Positions 19,282 through 29,076 of a DNA stretch of 54,035 bases are shown here, in pieces. Numbering within the stretch: the stretch's first letter is position 1; each line of letters begins with the position of its first letter. Source of the DNA: an uncultured Pseudomonadota bacterium (GTDB taxonomy: Bacteria > Babelota > Babeliae > Babelales > RVW-14). The notes below the pieces were generated by a model. That model searched no databases. It had not been told where the DNA came from and saw only the letters and a list, made by a program, of their open reading frames with translations. A program made the position numbers and the translations under genes. The stretch lies in assembly GCA_964446935.1 (NCBI GenBank), contig CAYUQI010000007.1, forward strand, positions 1-54,035, given 5' to 3'.

Positions 19282-19310
19282 TTGTTAGTAATGTAAAAAA
19301 ATTGTATAAC
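19282..19310 (+). promoter_or_regulatory. Putative sigma70 promoter of thrS
   Basis: TTGTTA-17 bp-TATAAC, 40 bp upstream of the thrS ATG. Confidence 0.4.
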
Positions 19311-19349
19311 AGCATGCTTGTACATTGATTTGTTTTTGAAAGGATTAGC

Positions 19350-21077
19350 ATGGCAGCTAAAGAGCCTGTTGCACACGATAACCATCTGCATAATCTCCGA
19401 CATTCTGCCGCGCATCTTCTTGCGCAGGCGGTACTTGAGTTACATCCTGACACTATTATTACCATTGGGCCAGTAACCGAGGCTGGTTTCTTTTATGATT
19501 TTTTACCAACAAAAAATTTCAAAGAAGAAGATTTAGGAATTATTGAAGCGAAGATGCATGAAATTGCAAAACGTAATGATAAAATTATTCATAAAACTGC
19601 AACAAAAGCAGAAGCGCTTGAAATGTACAAAGACAATCGTTTTAAGCGAGAAATTATAGAAGATCAGATTAAGGACGATACGGTTAGCTTGTTCTGCCAA
19701 GGTAACTTTTGCGATTTGTGCAAAGGTGGTCACGTTGCTTCAACCGGTGAGATTAAATACTTTAAGCTTACCAACATTTCTGGGGCTTATTGGCGTGCAG
19801 ATCGCCAGGGGACAGCATTACAACGTATTAGTGGTGTATGTTTTGCAACCCAAAAAGAACTTGATGCGCATCTTCAATTTCTTGAAGATGTACAAAAATA
19901 TGACCACCGAAAATTGGGCAAACAATTGGATCTCTTTTCATTTAATGATGTTGCTGCTGGTTTTCCTTTTTTTCACTCAAAAGGGTTGGTTATTTATAAT
20001 AAATTAATTGAATATGCTCGTCATATTTTGAAAGATGATTATAAAGAAATAAAAACTCCTATTATTATGCATGAGTCTTTATGGAAAACATCAGGTCATT
20101 ATGATCACTACAAAGAAAATATGTATTTTACGAAAATTGACGAACAAGAGTATTGTATTAAGCCGATGAATTGTCCTGGCGGCGTTTTAATGTATAAAGA
20201 GAAGCCTCGTTCATATAGGGAGCTCCCACTGAGGTTGTCTGAATTTGGGCTTGTTCACAGACATGAATTGTCTGGTGTTTTGCACGGTCTTTTTAGAGTT
20301 CGTGCTTTTACTCAGGATGATGCACATGTTTATTGTACTCCCGAGCAATTGGAATCAGAGATTTTAAAGCTTATTAATTTGGCCCAAGCGGTGTACAAAA
20401 AGTTTGATTTTGAAAAAGTTAAAATGTTTGTTGCAACAAAGCCAGAAAAAGCTATGGGGGATGATGCTTTATGGCAAAAGGCAACACAAGCGCTTGAAAA
20501 TGCATTAAAACAGCAAGGTATCCCCTACGATATTGATCAAGGTGGTGGCGCTTTCTATGGTCCTAAAATTGACATGAAGATTGAAGACAATATGGGGCGA
20601 GAATGGCAGTGTGGTACCGTTCAAGTTGATTTCTTCTTGCCACAGAATTTTGAGTTGAAATATATTGCTTCAGATCAATCTAAACAAACACCAATTATGT
20701 TACACAGAGTTCTTTATGGATCAATGGAGAGATTTATTGGAATTCTTACCGAACATTATAAGGGGAAGTTTCCGTTCTGGATTGCTCCCGTACAAGTGAG
20801 AGTTTTGACCATAACTGATTCAGAAAAAGAATATGCTCTAAATGTTTATCAAAAATTATTGGCACATAATATACGCATTGAATTTGATGAATCGGGCGAT
20901 CAAATTTCAGCAAAGATTCGTAAGGCTCAAACTGATAAAATTCCGTGGATGATAGTAATTGGGCAAAAAGAGGTTGCTCAAAATACCGTTACCCTACGTC
21001 ACGCCGATGGCAAGCAAGAATTTGGTGTTAGCCTTGATGCGTTGGTCAACCGTGCAGAAGAATTGAATAAGTTCTAA
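19350..21077 (+). CDS. thrS: Threonine--tRNA ligase (short form lacking the N-terminal TGS domain)
   Basis: LRHSAAHLLAQAV, DLCKGGHV, DHRKLGK, IKPMNCPG, LHGLFRVRAFTQDDAH, FYGPKID, WQCGTVQVDF, MLHRVLYGSMERF. Confidence 0.98.
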   Translation: MAAKEPVAHDNHLHNLRHSAAHLLAQAVLELHPDTIITIGPVTEAGFFYDFLPTKNFKEEDLGIIEAKMHEIAKRNDKIIHKTATKAEALEMYKDNRFKREIIEDQIKDDTVSLFCQGNFCDLCKGGHVASTGEIKYFKLTNISGAYWRADRQGTALQRISGVCFATQKELDAHLQFLEDVQKYDHRKLGKQLDLFSFNDVAAGFPFFHSKGLVIYNKLIEYARHILKDDYKEIKTPIIMHESLWKTSGHYDHYKENMYFTKIDEQEYCIKPMNCPGGVLMYKEKPRSYRELPLRLSEFGLVHRHELSGVLHGLFRVRAFTQDDAHVYCTPEQLESEILKLINLAQAVYKKFDFEKVKMFVATKPEKAMGDDALWQKATQALENALKQQGIPYDIDQGGGAFYGPKIDMKIEDNMGREWQCGTVQVDFFLPQNFELKYIASDQSKQTPIMLHRVLYGSMERFIGILTEHYKGKFPFWIAPVQVRVLTITDSEKEYALNVYQKLLAHNIRIEFDESGDQISAKIRKAQTDKIPWMIVIGQKEVAQNTVTLRHADGKQEFGVSLDALVNRAEELNKF

Positions 21078-21090
21078 ATACCCAATTTGT

Positions 21091-21115
21091 TGAGAGGGGA
21101 TTCCGACCCCTCTCA
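21091..21115 (+). terminator. thrS terminator hairpin
   Basis: TGAGAGGGG-attccga-CCCCTCTCA followed by an AT-rich tract. Confidence 0.7.
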
Positions 21116-21223
21116 TAATTCATAATTTTTTTACCATCTTTGCATAATTGTGTACACTTTCCCTAGTTTGTACGTGATTTATAGTTGACAGCAGGATAAA
21201 CGTTTTTTATAGGGGAGTTATCT

Positions 21224-21910
21224 ATGATGAAGTTTGGTGGAATTGTCCTGGGGAGTGTGGGGGTGTTTATACACGTTGCCTCGCTGTGTGGTATGAAAAG
21301 TACCACCGGCCTTGATGATTACAATGGCGATGTTGTTATACAGATGCAGCAGTTATCATACGATTCCTATATTAAGCAAGAAACGCATACATTAGATTTA
21401 TCAGTCAAGCCATTAAGCCTTGATGAAATTAAACAAACGAGTGCTTTGTTGATTGAAGCAATCAATGCCAACGATATTAAGTGTTTAAAAATAGCTCCAA
21501 ACATTTCTGAACAAGATGAAATAGTTGCTTTTCAGTGGCTTGGCGAGGTCTTGCGTATAGGATGTGGGTGCAAATCAACCTTGAAGGAAATACTTATCAT
21601 ACCAGGAGGGCACAATACAAAGGGTTGGATGAATGACTTGTTTTCTTACGTGTGGACAAACTTTTCTACATTGTTTGAAAAAGTGCAGAACGATGGTGGT
21701 GTTGATGAACAACTTTTAAAATATTTTGAAGGGGCGAAAACGGTTAAGATTGGTGGTAATTCACATGTGCTTGTTCCTATGACGAAAACAGAGATACAGA
21801 CACAAACATCAAAAAAATGGACCGTGATATCATCGATTATTACAGGCGTAGTTTCAATTGGTTTGACTATTGCGGGCGAATGTTTGGTTGCATATATTAA
21901 ATCTTTATGA
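21224..21910 (+). CDS. Hypothetical secreted protein with C-terminal transmembrane helix
   Basis: RBS GGGGAG; signal ...VASLCG|MKS; C-terminal WTVISSIITGVVSIGLTIAGECLVAYI. Confidence 0.7.
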   Translation: MMKFGGIVLGSVGVFIHVASLCGMKSTTGLDDYNGDVVIQMQQLSYDSYIKQETHTLDLSVKPLSLDEIKQTSALLIEAINANDIKCLKIAPNISEQDEIVAFQWLGEVLRIGCGCKSTLKEILIIPGGHNTKGWMNDLFSYVWTNFSTLFEKVQNDGGVDEQLLKYFEGAKTVKIGGNSHVLVPMTKTEIQTQTSKKWTVISSIITGVVSIGLTIAGECLVAYIKSL

Positions 21911-21921
21911 AGTGATTAACG

Positions 21922-22497
21922 ATGAAGCACTATGTATTGATTTTTTTTCTTCTTGTTACGAGTTTGCGTATTCTTGTGGCTGCGGAGCCACATAATGATA
22001 TAGGGGGTGATCCCTCTCCTCATTCAATATGGGAGGATGATTCATCTTTATTAAACTACCACGGAATGTGCACAGATTTAAAAGAAGGTGAAACGCCACT
22101 TCATAGGGCAGCCGAAAAGGGAGATCTTATTCTCTTACGAATTGCACTTTATTATAATAAGCTTGCTATTAATCAGAAAGACGCAGATGGCAATACCCCA
22201 TTGCATAAAGCTGTTTTTCATCAACATTGGGATTGTGCCAATGAATTATTACGGAATGGAGCATTGGTTAATGAAAAAGGTAATTTTGGTTATACGGCAT
22301 TGCACCTTGTAGCAATTTATGGTGAAGCAGTAGGGGCTGCGTTATTGTTGTTTTACAATGCTAATAAACATATAAAAGATGACGACCAATATGAACCGCG
22401 CGAGTATGTTCTCTCCATCCATAAGGATATCCTTTCTTTTTTTGATGGTGGACTTCCTACAGACGTTGTACAAGAACTAAAAAAACGATTTTTGTAA
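21922..22497 (+). CDS. Secreted ankyrin-repeat protein
   Basis: Signal peptide; GETPLHRAA, GNTPLHKAV, GYTALHLVA repeats. Confidence 0.92.
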   Translation: MKHYVLIFFLLVTSLRILVAAEPHNDIGGDPSPHSIWEDDSSLLNYHGMCTDLKEGETPLHRAAEKGDLILLRIALYYNKLAINQKDADGNTPLHKAVFHQHWDCANELLRNGALVNEKGNFGYTALHLVAIYGEAVGAALLLFYNANKHIKDDDQYEPREYVLSIHKDILSFFDGGLPTDVVQELKKRFL

Positions 22498-22525
22498 GTT
22501 CTCAACGTTTGTTATTTGTTTTGAT

Positions 22526-22565
22526 ACAAAAGAAAAGAGCCAGGTGTTTCAACCTGGCTCTTTTT
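22526..22565. terminator. Bidirectional terminator, copy 1 of a 23-bp direct repeat
   Basis: AAAAGAAAAGAGCCAGGTG-tttc-AACCTGGCTCTTTTT between convergent genes. Confidence 0.85.
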
Positions 22566-22599
22566 GCGATTATGTGTTTTTTGTACTATGTATGATTTA

Positions 22600-25155
22600 T
22601 TAATTGTTGTTAGCCAATCGGCTTTGCTGCGTTTCATGAAAACAGGCGTGAATACAGATGTCGGTGCTTGGATCAACAATAAAGACGTAAGCCCCTAAGT
22701 GACGCCATTTTTCTGGCGTATTTTGATACAATTGTATCAGAGGTTGATTGTTGGCAAGTTTATATCCAATAAATTTATTGTTAGGTATTAATGTTGCAGG
22801 GATAATGAGCGCGTATTGGTCTTTGATTAGATACAATTGATGTTCAAAATTATGATGAACGCCTGCAGTTGTGGCAATAGTTTTGCCGCACACAAAATAC
22901 CCGAAACTTAAGAATCTTTTTATATGAGTAGATATCTTGTGAAATTTATCTTGTTTGTAAGAAGGGCCGTTTATTTTTTGCGTGATACTTGAAGTGTCAT
23001 ATAATGATTGAGTTGGGGATGTTTTTGCTCGATATATGACAACGGTCACGCTGTCATTTTTAAATGCACAAGGGTCAAGCGTTTGCTTGATGATGGCATA
23101 GTTATCATCCTCGCTAACAATCTCATCAAAGTTAAAATAGTTGTAGAGATTGTTGATGGCGCTGGTTATTTCTTGATTATTTTCATCAAATTTTTCTTGC
23201 GTAGTTTCGTTGGCGCTATAGCGGGGAGGTGTTGATGATGAGCCTGCATCTGATTTTTTTTCTTTTCTTGGTGCTTCAACAGACTTTTGTTGTTTCTCTT
23301 TTTTGGGCGCATCAATAGGTTTCTGTTTTTTTTGTGGTTGCTTGTGTTTGGGTGTGTAGGGCTTTAGTAGTTTTTTGCAATAATCGCTCCAATCATCGTG
23401 TGCTTGAGGTGTTGCAGATTCCTTTGCTTGCTGAAGTTCGTTTATCCGTGTTTGGACCATGGAGGCATAATGTTCAATGAGGCTTAAAAGACGACTGGTT
23501 GGGAGTGGTAGAATGAATCCATCCTTTTGAATCTGCGAAACAGTTCCAGGGTTACTGAGTGATGGTTCATTGGACTCAAATTTAGCCCTCCGATTAAAGT
23601 ATTCCCATATATCTAAAGAAAGTATTGATGTAAGTTCAGCGTCATCTTCAATGGTGTGGCTGAGTGCTACATGCGCAGCATTAGTTTCTTGCATTTGATT
23701 CAATGTTGGAACAATCCAACAGCTGAATTCATGCATTTGCGTGTAAAATTTTTTAAAAGAGAGATGATACGTACATATATCACTGAGTTTTTGTAGTGTC
23801 GTAAGATTTTTTGATGATGTGAGCATTCGATGGATGATAAAAATATCATGTGGCAGCTTTTGGTTTGCATCTTCGGTTAGTTGAGGCAGTGTGACTGTTG
23901 TTTGTTGATATATTTTGCAGAGCTTATTGTATGTTGAAGCATAAAGGTTTTTAATGACGTGAGCTTTAATATAAGCCCTTACTAAAGATGAGCCAAAACA
24001 ATCAAGTGTAAGATTGTTTACTTGGTAGAGGTTTTTCCATGCTTGTTTGATTAAAGCAAATGAATAAACCATGGTATTAATGATAGGAAACAATATTGGG
24101 TGACCATTTAATAGAGCTATTGATGAATATGGTGTTTTTGCACAAATTTTTGATGAAGTTTGATCACTGGTAGACATATGTTTTTTATGCCATATCGTTG
24201 ATAATATTTCGTTTGAGCATACTTCAAGTGGTTGTATTAAATTTTGTTTAAAAAGATCACCAGACGATTGCGCTTCCTGTGGTGTCATTATTTTTGTAAA
24301 AATTGATGTTTCTAATGATGTTTGCTTTTTTTGCGCATTTGCTACTAGGTTTGCTCTATTGATGATAGTTTGGATTGTTTGTATTAAATACGTGAATGAT
24401 AGATGCGTTGAGGTTGTTGCGACGCCTTTTTTCTTATGTTTTTTTTGCGGCTTTTGAGTTTGAATATTCTGGGGGAGTGGATGGGCAAGTGCTTTTTCAA
24501 TATCTTGTTTATGTTCTTGCAGGTAGGTTTGTAATTCTTTAAGCTGATCACCGACAATAGAAATTGTATCATAAAAAGCAATGGTAACGTCTTTTAGCTC
24601 TCTACGTGTTTTCAGGAAAAGTTGATAGTTGTTAAAGGTGAATAGAGAATGTTTGCTAATGGTGGTATCTAGTTCATTAAGATAGTGTTGGGCTTGTTGG
24701 CTCAGGTGGTCATATATGCGATTGTGAACATCAAAAAGATGTATAATTGGTTGATCCCATTCGATTGAATCGTTTTCCGTTTGTTCTCCTAAAATTTCAC
24801 CAAAAAATCCTTCAAATAGTTGTTCGCGTACATAGATTATCTTCATTATTTGTCCAATATCTTCTATAGAAAGCATTATTGATGATGAGAGAGCATTTGA
24901 GGAATTGGTTGTTTGGTTGGGTGATACGGCAAGAAGAGTAGTTGTTGGGGCTGAGCTTGGCAGCGAGATTGATGTGGGGGATTGTGGTGGACTTGATAGT
25001 GTAGGTGCAGACAGATTGCTTGGTTCCAATGGTGATGTAGCAGATGATGATGTTGGATCGGATGTTTCTGTTGCATCTGATTGCATTGCTACGAGTGTGA
25101 AAAGGTGTGATAACAAAATGAAGATGAGATACAGTTTTTTAAAATGAAATTTCAT
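22600..25155 (-). CDS. Large secreted hypothetical protein (851 aa), effector-like
   Basis: RBS GGAG; signal ...LFTLVA|MQS; Ser/Thr/Pro-rich N-terminus; helical core; Lys-rich patches KPQKKHKKKG and KHKQPQKKQK. Confidence 0.75.
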   Translation of the reverse strand: MKFHFKKLYLIFILLSHLFTLVAMQSDATETSDPTSSSATSPLEPSNLSAPTLSSPPQSPTSISLPSSAPTTTLLAVSPNQTTNSSNALSSSIMLSIEDIGQIMKIIYVREQLFEGFFGEILGEQTENDSIEWDQPIIHLFDVHNRIYDHLSQQAQHYLNELDTTISKHSLFTFNNYQLFLKTRRELKDVTIAFYDTISIVGDQLKELQTYLQEHKQDIEKALAHPLPQNIQTQKPQKKHKKKGVATTSTHLSFTYLIQTIQTIINRANLVANAQKKQTSLETSIFTKIMTPQEAQSSGDLFKQNLIQPLEVCSNEILSTIWHKKHMSTSDQTSSKICAKTPYSSIALLNGHPILFPIINTMVYSFALIKQAWKNLYQVNNLTLDCFGSSLVRAYIKAHVIKNLYASTYNKLCKIYQQTTVTLPQLTEDANQKLPHDIFIIHRMLTSSKNLTTLQKLSDICTYHLSFKKFYTQMHEFSCWIVPTLNQMQETNAAHVALSHTIEDDAELTSILSLDIWEYFNRRAKFESNEPSLSNPGTVSQIQKDGFILPLPTSRLLSLIEHYASMVQTRINELQQAKESATPQAHDDWSDYCKKLLKPYTPKHKQPQKKQKPIDAPKKEKQQKSVEAPRKEKKSDAGSSSTPPRYSANETTQEKFDENNQEITSAINNLYNYFNFDEIVSEDDNYAIIKQTLDPCAFKNDSVTVVIYRAKTSPTQSLYDTSSITQKINGPSYKQDKFHKISTHIKRFLSFGYFVCGKTIATTAGVHHNFEHQLYLIKDQYALIIPATLIPNNKFIGYKLANNQPLIQLYQNTPEKWRHLGAYVFIVDPSTDICIHACFHETQQSRLANNN

Positions 25156-25307
25156 AATAAAATCTCCACGAGGTAAATCATTATAAGCTTAAGGATTAAT
25201 TGGACTAAATACTCTTTATTTTATTATATATTTGTAATTTTGCAAAAAGGGGCTTAAAAGCGCGGAGATCGATAATTTTTTGTAAAAAAGAGGAGAAAAT
25301 GATTAAA

Positions 25308-25350
25308 ACAAAAGAAAAGAGCCAGGTGTTAACACCTGGCTCTTTTCTTT
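25308..25350 (-). terminator. RRM gene terminator, copy 2 of the 23-bp direct repeat
   Basis: AAAGAAAAGAGCCAGGTG-ttaa-CACCTGGCTCTTTTCTTT perfect hairpin. Confidence 0.88.
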
Positions 25351-25365
25351 GACTAGTAAGTTTGA

Positions 25366-25725
25366 TTAGCGATTGAAGCGATCGTCACGGCCGCCAAATC
25401 TGCTGCCGCCATTACCGCCACGAGGGCCACCAAAACCACCACGGCTACCGCCGCCTGGACGACGATTAAAACCGCCTGTGCGTTCTTGTGGTGGACGAGC
25501 TTCGCTGACACGTAATTTTTGTCCGCCAAAATCGGCACCATTCAAGGCATCGATAGAAGCTTGTGCTCCTGCATCTTCCATTTCAACAAAACCAAAGCCA
25601 CGTGATTGACCTGTGAACTTGTCTTTGATGATGCGTGCAGATGTGACGGCACCATATGAAGCGAAAAGATCATTTAATTCTTGTTCGGTTGTTTGTGCGG
25701 CAAGATTGCCAACATATATTTTCAT
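25366..25725 (-). CDS. RRM (RNP-1) RNA-binding protein with Gly/Arg-rich tail
   Basis: KIYVGNL (RNP2), RGFGFVEM (RNP1), GQKLRVSEARP, RGG-rich C-terminus. Confidence 0.96.
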   Translation of the reverse strand: MKIYVGNLAAQTTEQELNDLFASYGAVTSARIIKDKFTGQSRGFGFVEMEDAGAQASIDALNGADFGGQKLRVSEARPPQERTGGFNRRPGGGSRGGFGGPRGGNGGSRFGGRDDRFNR

Positions 25726-26007
25726 TCAAAAATCCTTATATCAAAATATCTATCTATATACACTATACTTTTGCTTAATAGTTAAGCACATAACGAATTG
25801 TTTGGGTTTTGTTACATACGCACACTCACTGGCTTTGGAACCGACTGACACACACGAAATTTTTTAATGAAAAACATGAGAATAATAAACTTTTCAAAAT
25901 TTGAAATGGTACTGAATTTATCACATAAACTTAATAAGCTAAGATTATCAAGCATTACGACTTTATGCAACTCCTGAGCCTAAAAAGGTCAAATATGCAT
26001 AATATTA

Positions 26008-27216
26008 CTATTTTTTCATAAAAGCCTGCAATCCGGGTAGCTCGCTCCATGGGTTGTTGGTACCCAAATATGCTAAAGTAGCGCCTCCCCCTGTTGATAC
26101 AAAGCTAAATGTAGTAAGCAATCCGAGCTGCTCAGCTGCTGCGCTGCTATCACCGCCACCAAGCACAGAGTAACCCTTGCAATCGGCTGCAGCTTGGAAG
26201 ATTCTTTTAGTTCCCTCTTGGTAGCCAGGATATTCAAAAATGCCCATGGTACCATTAATAAAGATGGTGCGTGCCTGGGTAATAATGTGCTGAAAGGCCG
26301 TTATGGTTGCAGGGCCTATGTCGACACATTGCATGTTGGCTGGTATCTGTGTGCTTGAACAGTACTGGGGTGCAGAGCCCAAAGGGCCTTCAATAATGGC
26401 AAAATCGGTGGGCAACACAAGTGTAACATTATATTGTTGCGCCATCTGAATGATGCTTTTTGCTTGAGTAATTGTTTCAGATGCTATCGTTGTTGAACCG
26501 ATTGATAGTCCTTGGGCTTTGAGAAAAGCAAGGGCCAAAGCTCCCCCTAATAAGATGGCTGATGGTCTTTGCGATAGGGGTTTTTGGAGAAAATTGGTTA
26601 TAAGGGGAATTTTATCTACTAGTTTGGCACCGCCAAAAATCATAACAAAAGGTTGGGTTGCGGTGGTTTTTAATTGTTCTAGTTCGGTTATTTCTTTTTC
26701 AACCAGAAGACCTATGTATCTGTTGTTTGAGGCAAAAAGGGAAGGAAGCAGGGCGATGGATGTGTCGTTGCGGTGGAGGGTTCCGAAGGCATCATTTACA
26801 TATATATCGGCTAAGGATGCAAGTTGCTTGGCAAACAAAATATCTGCTTTTTTTTCACCCTTATAACAACGGAGATTTTCCAACAGATGGATTGACCCCT
26901 TATTGTATTGGGCTATTGGTTGTGTGACGTCCGGGTGGAACCTTACATCAAAGCCATGTTGTTTGAACCATGCCAGAAGTTGTTGTGTGGAGTCGGCGGG
27001 CGTGCAATGGTCGGGGGTTGGCGAACCAAGGTGTGTGCCGATGATAATGGTTGCTGAGGTAGCTTGCAAATACAATAGTGTTGGCATCAATGCCTTGAGT
27101 CGCACATCGCTCGTGATTGTTCCCTGATCAAGCGGTACGTTAAGGTCGGCGCGAACAAATATACGTTTGTTCGCGAGCGAATGTTTCTCTATGAATCGAA
27201 CGGAGGGGAGTTGCAT
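26008..27216 (-). CDS. pgk: Phosphoglycerate kinase
   Basis: VRADLNVPL, HLG.P, LLENLR, YVNDAFGTLHR, GGAKLVDKI, DIGP, GGGDS, STGGGA. Start moved to MQLPS after RBS AAGGA. Confidence 0.96.
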   Translation of the reverse strand: MQLPSVRFIEKHSLANKRIFVRADLNVPLDQGTITSDVRLKALMPTLLYLQATSATIIIGTHLGSPTPDHCTPADSTQQLLAWFKQHGFDVRFHPDVTQPIAQYNKGSIHLLENLRCYKGEKKADILFAKQLASLADIYVNDAFGTLHRNDTSIALLPSLFASNNRYIGLLVEKEITELEQLKTTATQPFVMIFGGAKLVDKIPLITNFLQKPLSQRPSAILLGGALALAFLKAQGLSIGSTTIASETITQAKSIIQMAQQYNVTLVLPTDFAIIEGPLGSAPQYCSSTQIPANMQCVDIGPATITAFQHIITQARTIFINGTMGIFEYPGYQEGTKRIFQAAADCKGYSVLGGGDSSAAAEQLGLLTTFSFVSTGGGATLAYLGTNNPWSELPGLQAFMKK

Positions 27217-27439
27217 GGCTATTCCTTTATACATAGAAATCTCTGCGTTGGCCTTTGTGTTAAAAATAGCAAAAATTATGATTTTTACACCTACTATATA
27301 TGATTACACCCGAGTGGTCGTTTGACAAATTGTCAATCATTGCTTAGTATTATTGATATGAAAATCCCCAAAGATTTTTTTAATAAAAGAGTTTGTTTTT
27401 GGTTGTAAGGGGTACCGGAAACCATAAGGAGGTTATATC

Positions 27440-27961
27440 ATGGAACTTTTCAAAAAATTTTTATTGGTCGCAGCTTTTGCGGCTGTTTCTGCAGGTAATG
27501 CTGACGCCATGAATCGTCGTCACGCACCAAAAGGTGCTACTAAAACAAAAGTCGCTGTTATGGAAATTACAAATATTAACAACGTTGTTGGGGATGTTTG
27601 CTTTGATGACGAGTCTGGTCTTTATGTGGATAATGCAGGCAACATAGTTGCTCGTTATGTAGCTGAACAGTGGCTTAAGCGACATGAAAATGATTATTTG
27701 CAGAATGACGGTCTAGATGACGATCTAGACATAGAGCCAGATCCTGTTGTAGCGCCAGCTCCCCAAAACAAAAAATGTTGTGCTTCTTTGAGAAACTTTT
27801 TCAAGGCACATCCTTGTGTTTGTATTGGCTTTTTAACATCGGTTGGGTTTTTGGCTGATGGACTGACATCTGATTTTAATGGCTACTCTTTTACTGAAAT
27901 GGTAACAGCTATAGTTGGTATGATTGCATCAGTCTATGGTTACAGAAGATCAACACACTAA
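27440..27961 (+). CDS. Secreted/membrane hypothetical protein, paralog of 28481..29038
   Basis: RBS AAGGAGG; signal MELFKK...NADA|M; KKCCASL motif; C-terminal double hydrophobic segment. Confidence 0.8.
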   Translation: MELFKKFLLVAAFAAVSAGNADAMNRRHAPKGATKTKVAVMEITNINNVVGDVCFDDESGLYVDNAGNIVARYVAEQWLKRHENDYLQNDGLDDDLDIEPDPVVAPAPQNKKCCASLRNFFKAHPCVCIGFLTSVGFLADGLTSDFNGYSFTEMVTAIVGMIASVYGYRRSTH

Positions 27962-28001
27962 GTTTATTGTTCAATAAATACGTGTTTTTGAAAACGGATA
28001 T

Positions 28002-28030
28002 AAACGGACCTGCAAATAGCAGGTCCGTTT
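28002..28030 (+). terminator. Intrinsic terminator
   Basis: AAACGGACCTGC-aaata-GCAGGTCCGTTT. Confidence 0.85.
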
Positions 28031-28176
28031 CTTATTTCTACTCCTGTATGTGGAAGGATCTGTGGTATTTACGTCGTTTGGGGTTCCTACCAAAATAGTT
28101 AATGTATTAGCCAATGCTCAACTGAACTGATTTTTGGAAAAGATAATCGCTGTGCAAACTCTTAAGTTATTGGATA

Positions 28177-28237
28177 AATGTTTCTCGATGAATCGAAGGA
28201 GGGGGTTTTGTGCGAGTGTCTGTTTTCACATAGAAAT
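28177..28237 (-). pseudogene. Degenerate duplicate of the pgk 5' end and upstream region
   Basis: AATGTTTCTCGATGAATCGAA-GGAGGGG...ACATAGAAAT vs pgk 27180-27240 AATGTTTCTCTATGAATCGAACGGAGGGG...ACATAGAAAT. Encodes RFIEKH, with a 1-nt deletion. Confidence 0.7.
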
Positions 28238-28480
28238 TTTATTAGATTCTCTTTGTTAAAAACCAATAAAATATGATTAATATGCCATTTATTTCGATAT
28301 CGCCAGCCGCCTTTTGACAATCTAGAAATTAGTTTTTATAATGAGCAATGTGAAATTGGTAAAAGCGTTTTTTATAAATAATGAACTCTTTGAAGATTTC
28401 TTTTCGTATACAAAGGTGAAATAGTTTTGTTCGTGAAGTCATATGTGTATGTTCCACTAAAACCATAAGGAGGTTATAAC

Positions 28481-29038
28481 ATGGAACTTTTCAAGAAACT
28501 CGTATTAGTCGCTACTCTTGCCGTTGTTGCCGGTAATGCTTCTGCAATGCAACCAGAATATACAGTTGGTCCTAAAGGCGGAATTAAACATTTGGGTAAA
28601 TATGTTAACCCAAATAACCAAGCTGCAATGGCTGCTTTTAATGCTTGGCAGAATGCACAACACCAACCTCAACCAAGCAAAAAGTGTGGCGCTTCTTTGA
28701 AAACTAAACTTGTTGCTGCTAAGAATTTTGTTGCAGGTAGAGCAGTTGCTACTGCAGTTGCTGCTAAGGACCTTGTTGTTCGCAAGGCCGTTGCCGCTAA
28801 GAACGCTGTCGGTAACATGCTTCCAAGCAAACAAGCTGTTAAGAATTTCTTTACATCACCTCGTATGATCAAAGCTTATAAGCTTGCCGGTTTGACGGTA
28901 GCAGAAATAGCTTCTTTGGCTGCTTTTTTTGATGGCATCACAAGTGACATTGATGGCGCAGCTCTTACAGAAGTATTAGGTGGTATAGCTGGTACAGCTG
29001 CATCAACCTATGGTATCTATCAAACAGTAACTCACTAA
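28481..29038 (+). CDS. Secreted/membrane hypothetical protein, paralog of 27440..27961
   Basis: Same RBS context (AACCATAAGGAGGTTATA); signal ...NASA|M; KKCGASL; DGITSD..G...TE.....G..AS.YG...TH C-terminus. Confidence 0.8.
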   Translation: MELFKKLVLVATLAVVAGNASAMQPEYTVGPKGGIKHLGKYVNPNNQAAMAAFNAWQNAQHQPQPSKKCGASLKTKLVAAKNFVAGRAVATAVAAKDLVVRKAVAAKNAVGNMLPSKQAVKNFFTSPRMIKAYKLAGLTVAEIASLAAFFDGITSDIDGAALTEVLGGIAGTAASTYGIYQTVTH

Positions 29039-29076
29039 GCTTATTTCAGACAAACAATCGTTTGTTTGAAACAGAT

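Noticed and set aside
18975-19349. T-box riboswitch upstream of thrS (also checked 37360-37526 for ileS)
   Set aside because: No T-box consensus (TGGAACC/GGTGGNACCGCG) and no GC-rich terminator/antiterminator seen.
19350-19450. ThrRS lacking the TGS domain as a novelty
   Set aside because: Short ThrRS forms are known in many bacteria, and the editing and catalytic motifs are intact.
22526-25330. Prophage or integrative element at the direct repeats
   Set aside because: No integrase, recombinase, phage or transposase gene, and the repeat is not a tRNA end; kept only as an insertion-scar observation.
25353-25609. Pro/Arg-rich and Val/Ala-rich ORFs overlapping the RRM gene
   Set aside because: Antisense or frame shadows of the Gly/Arg-rich tail.
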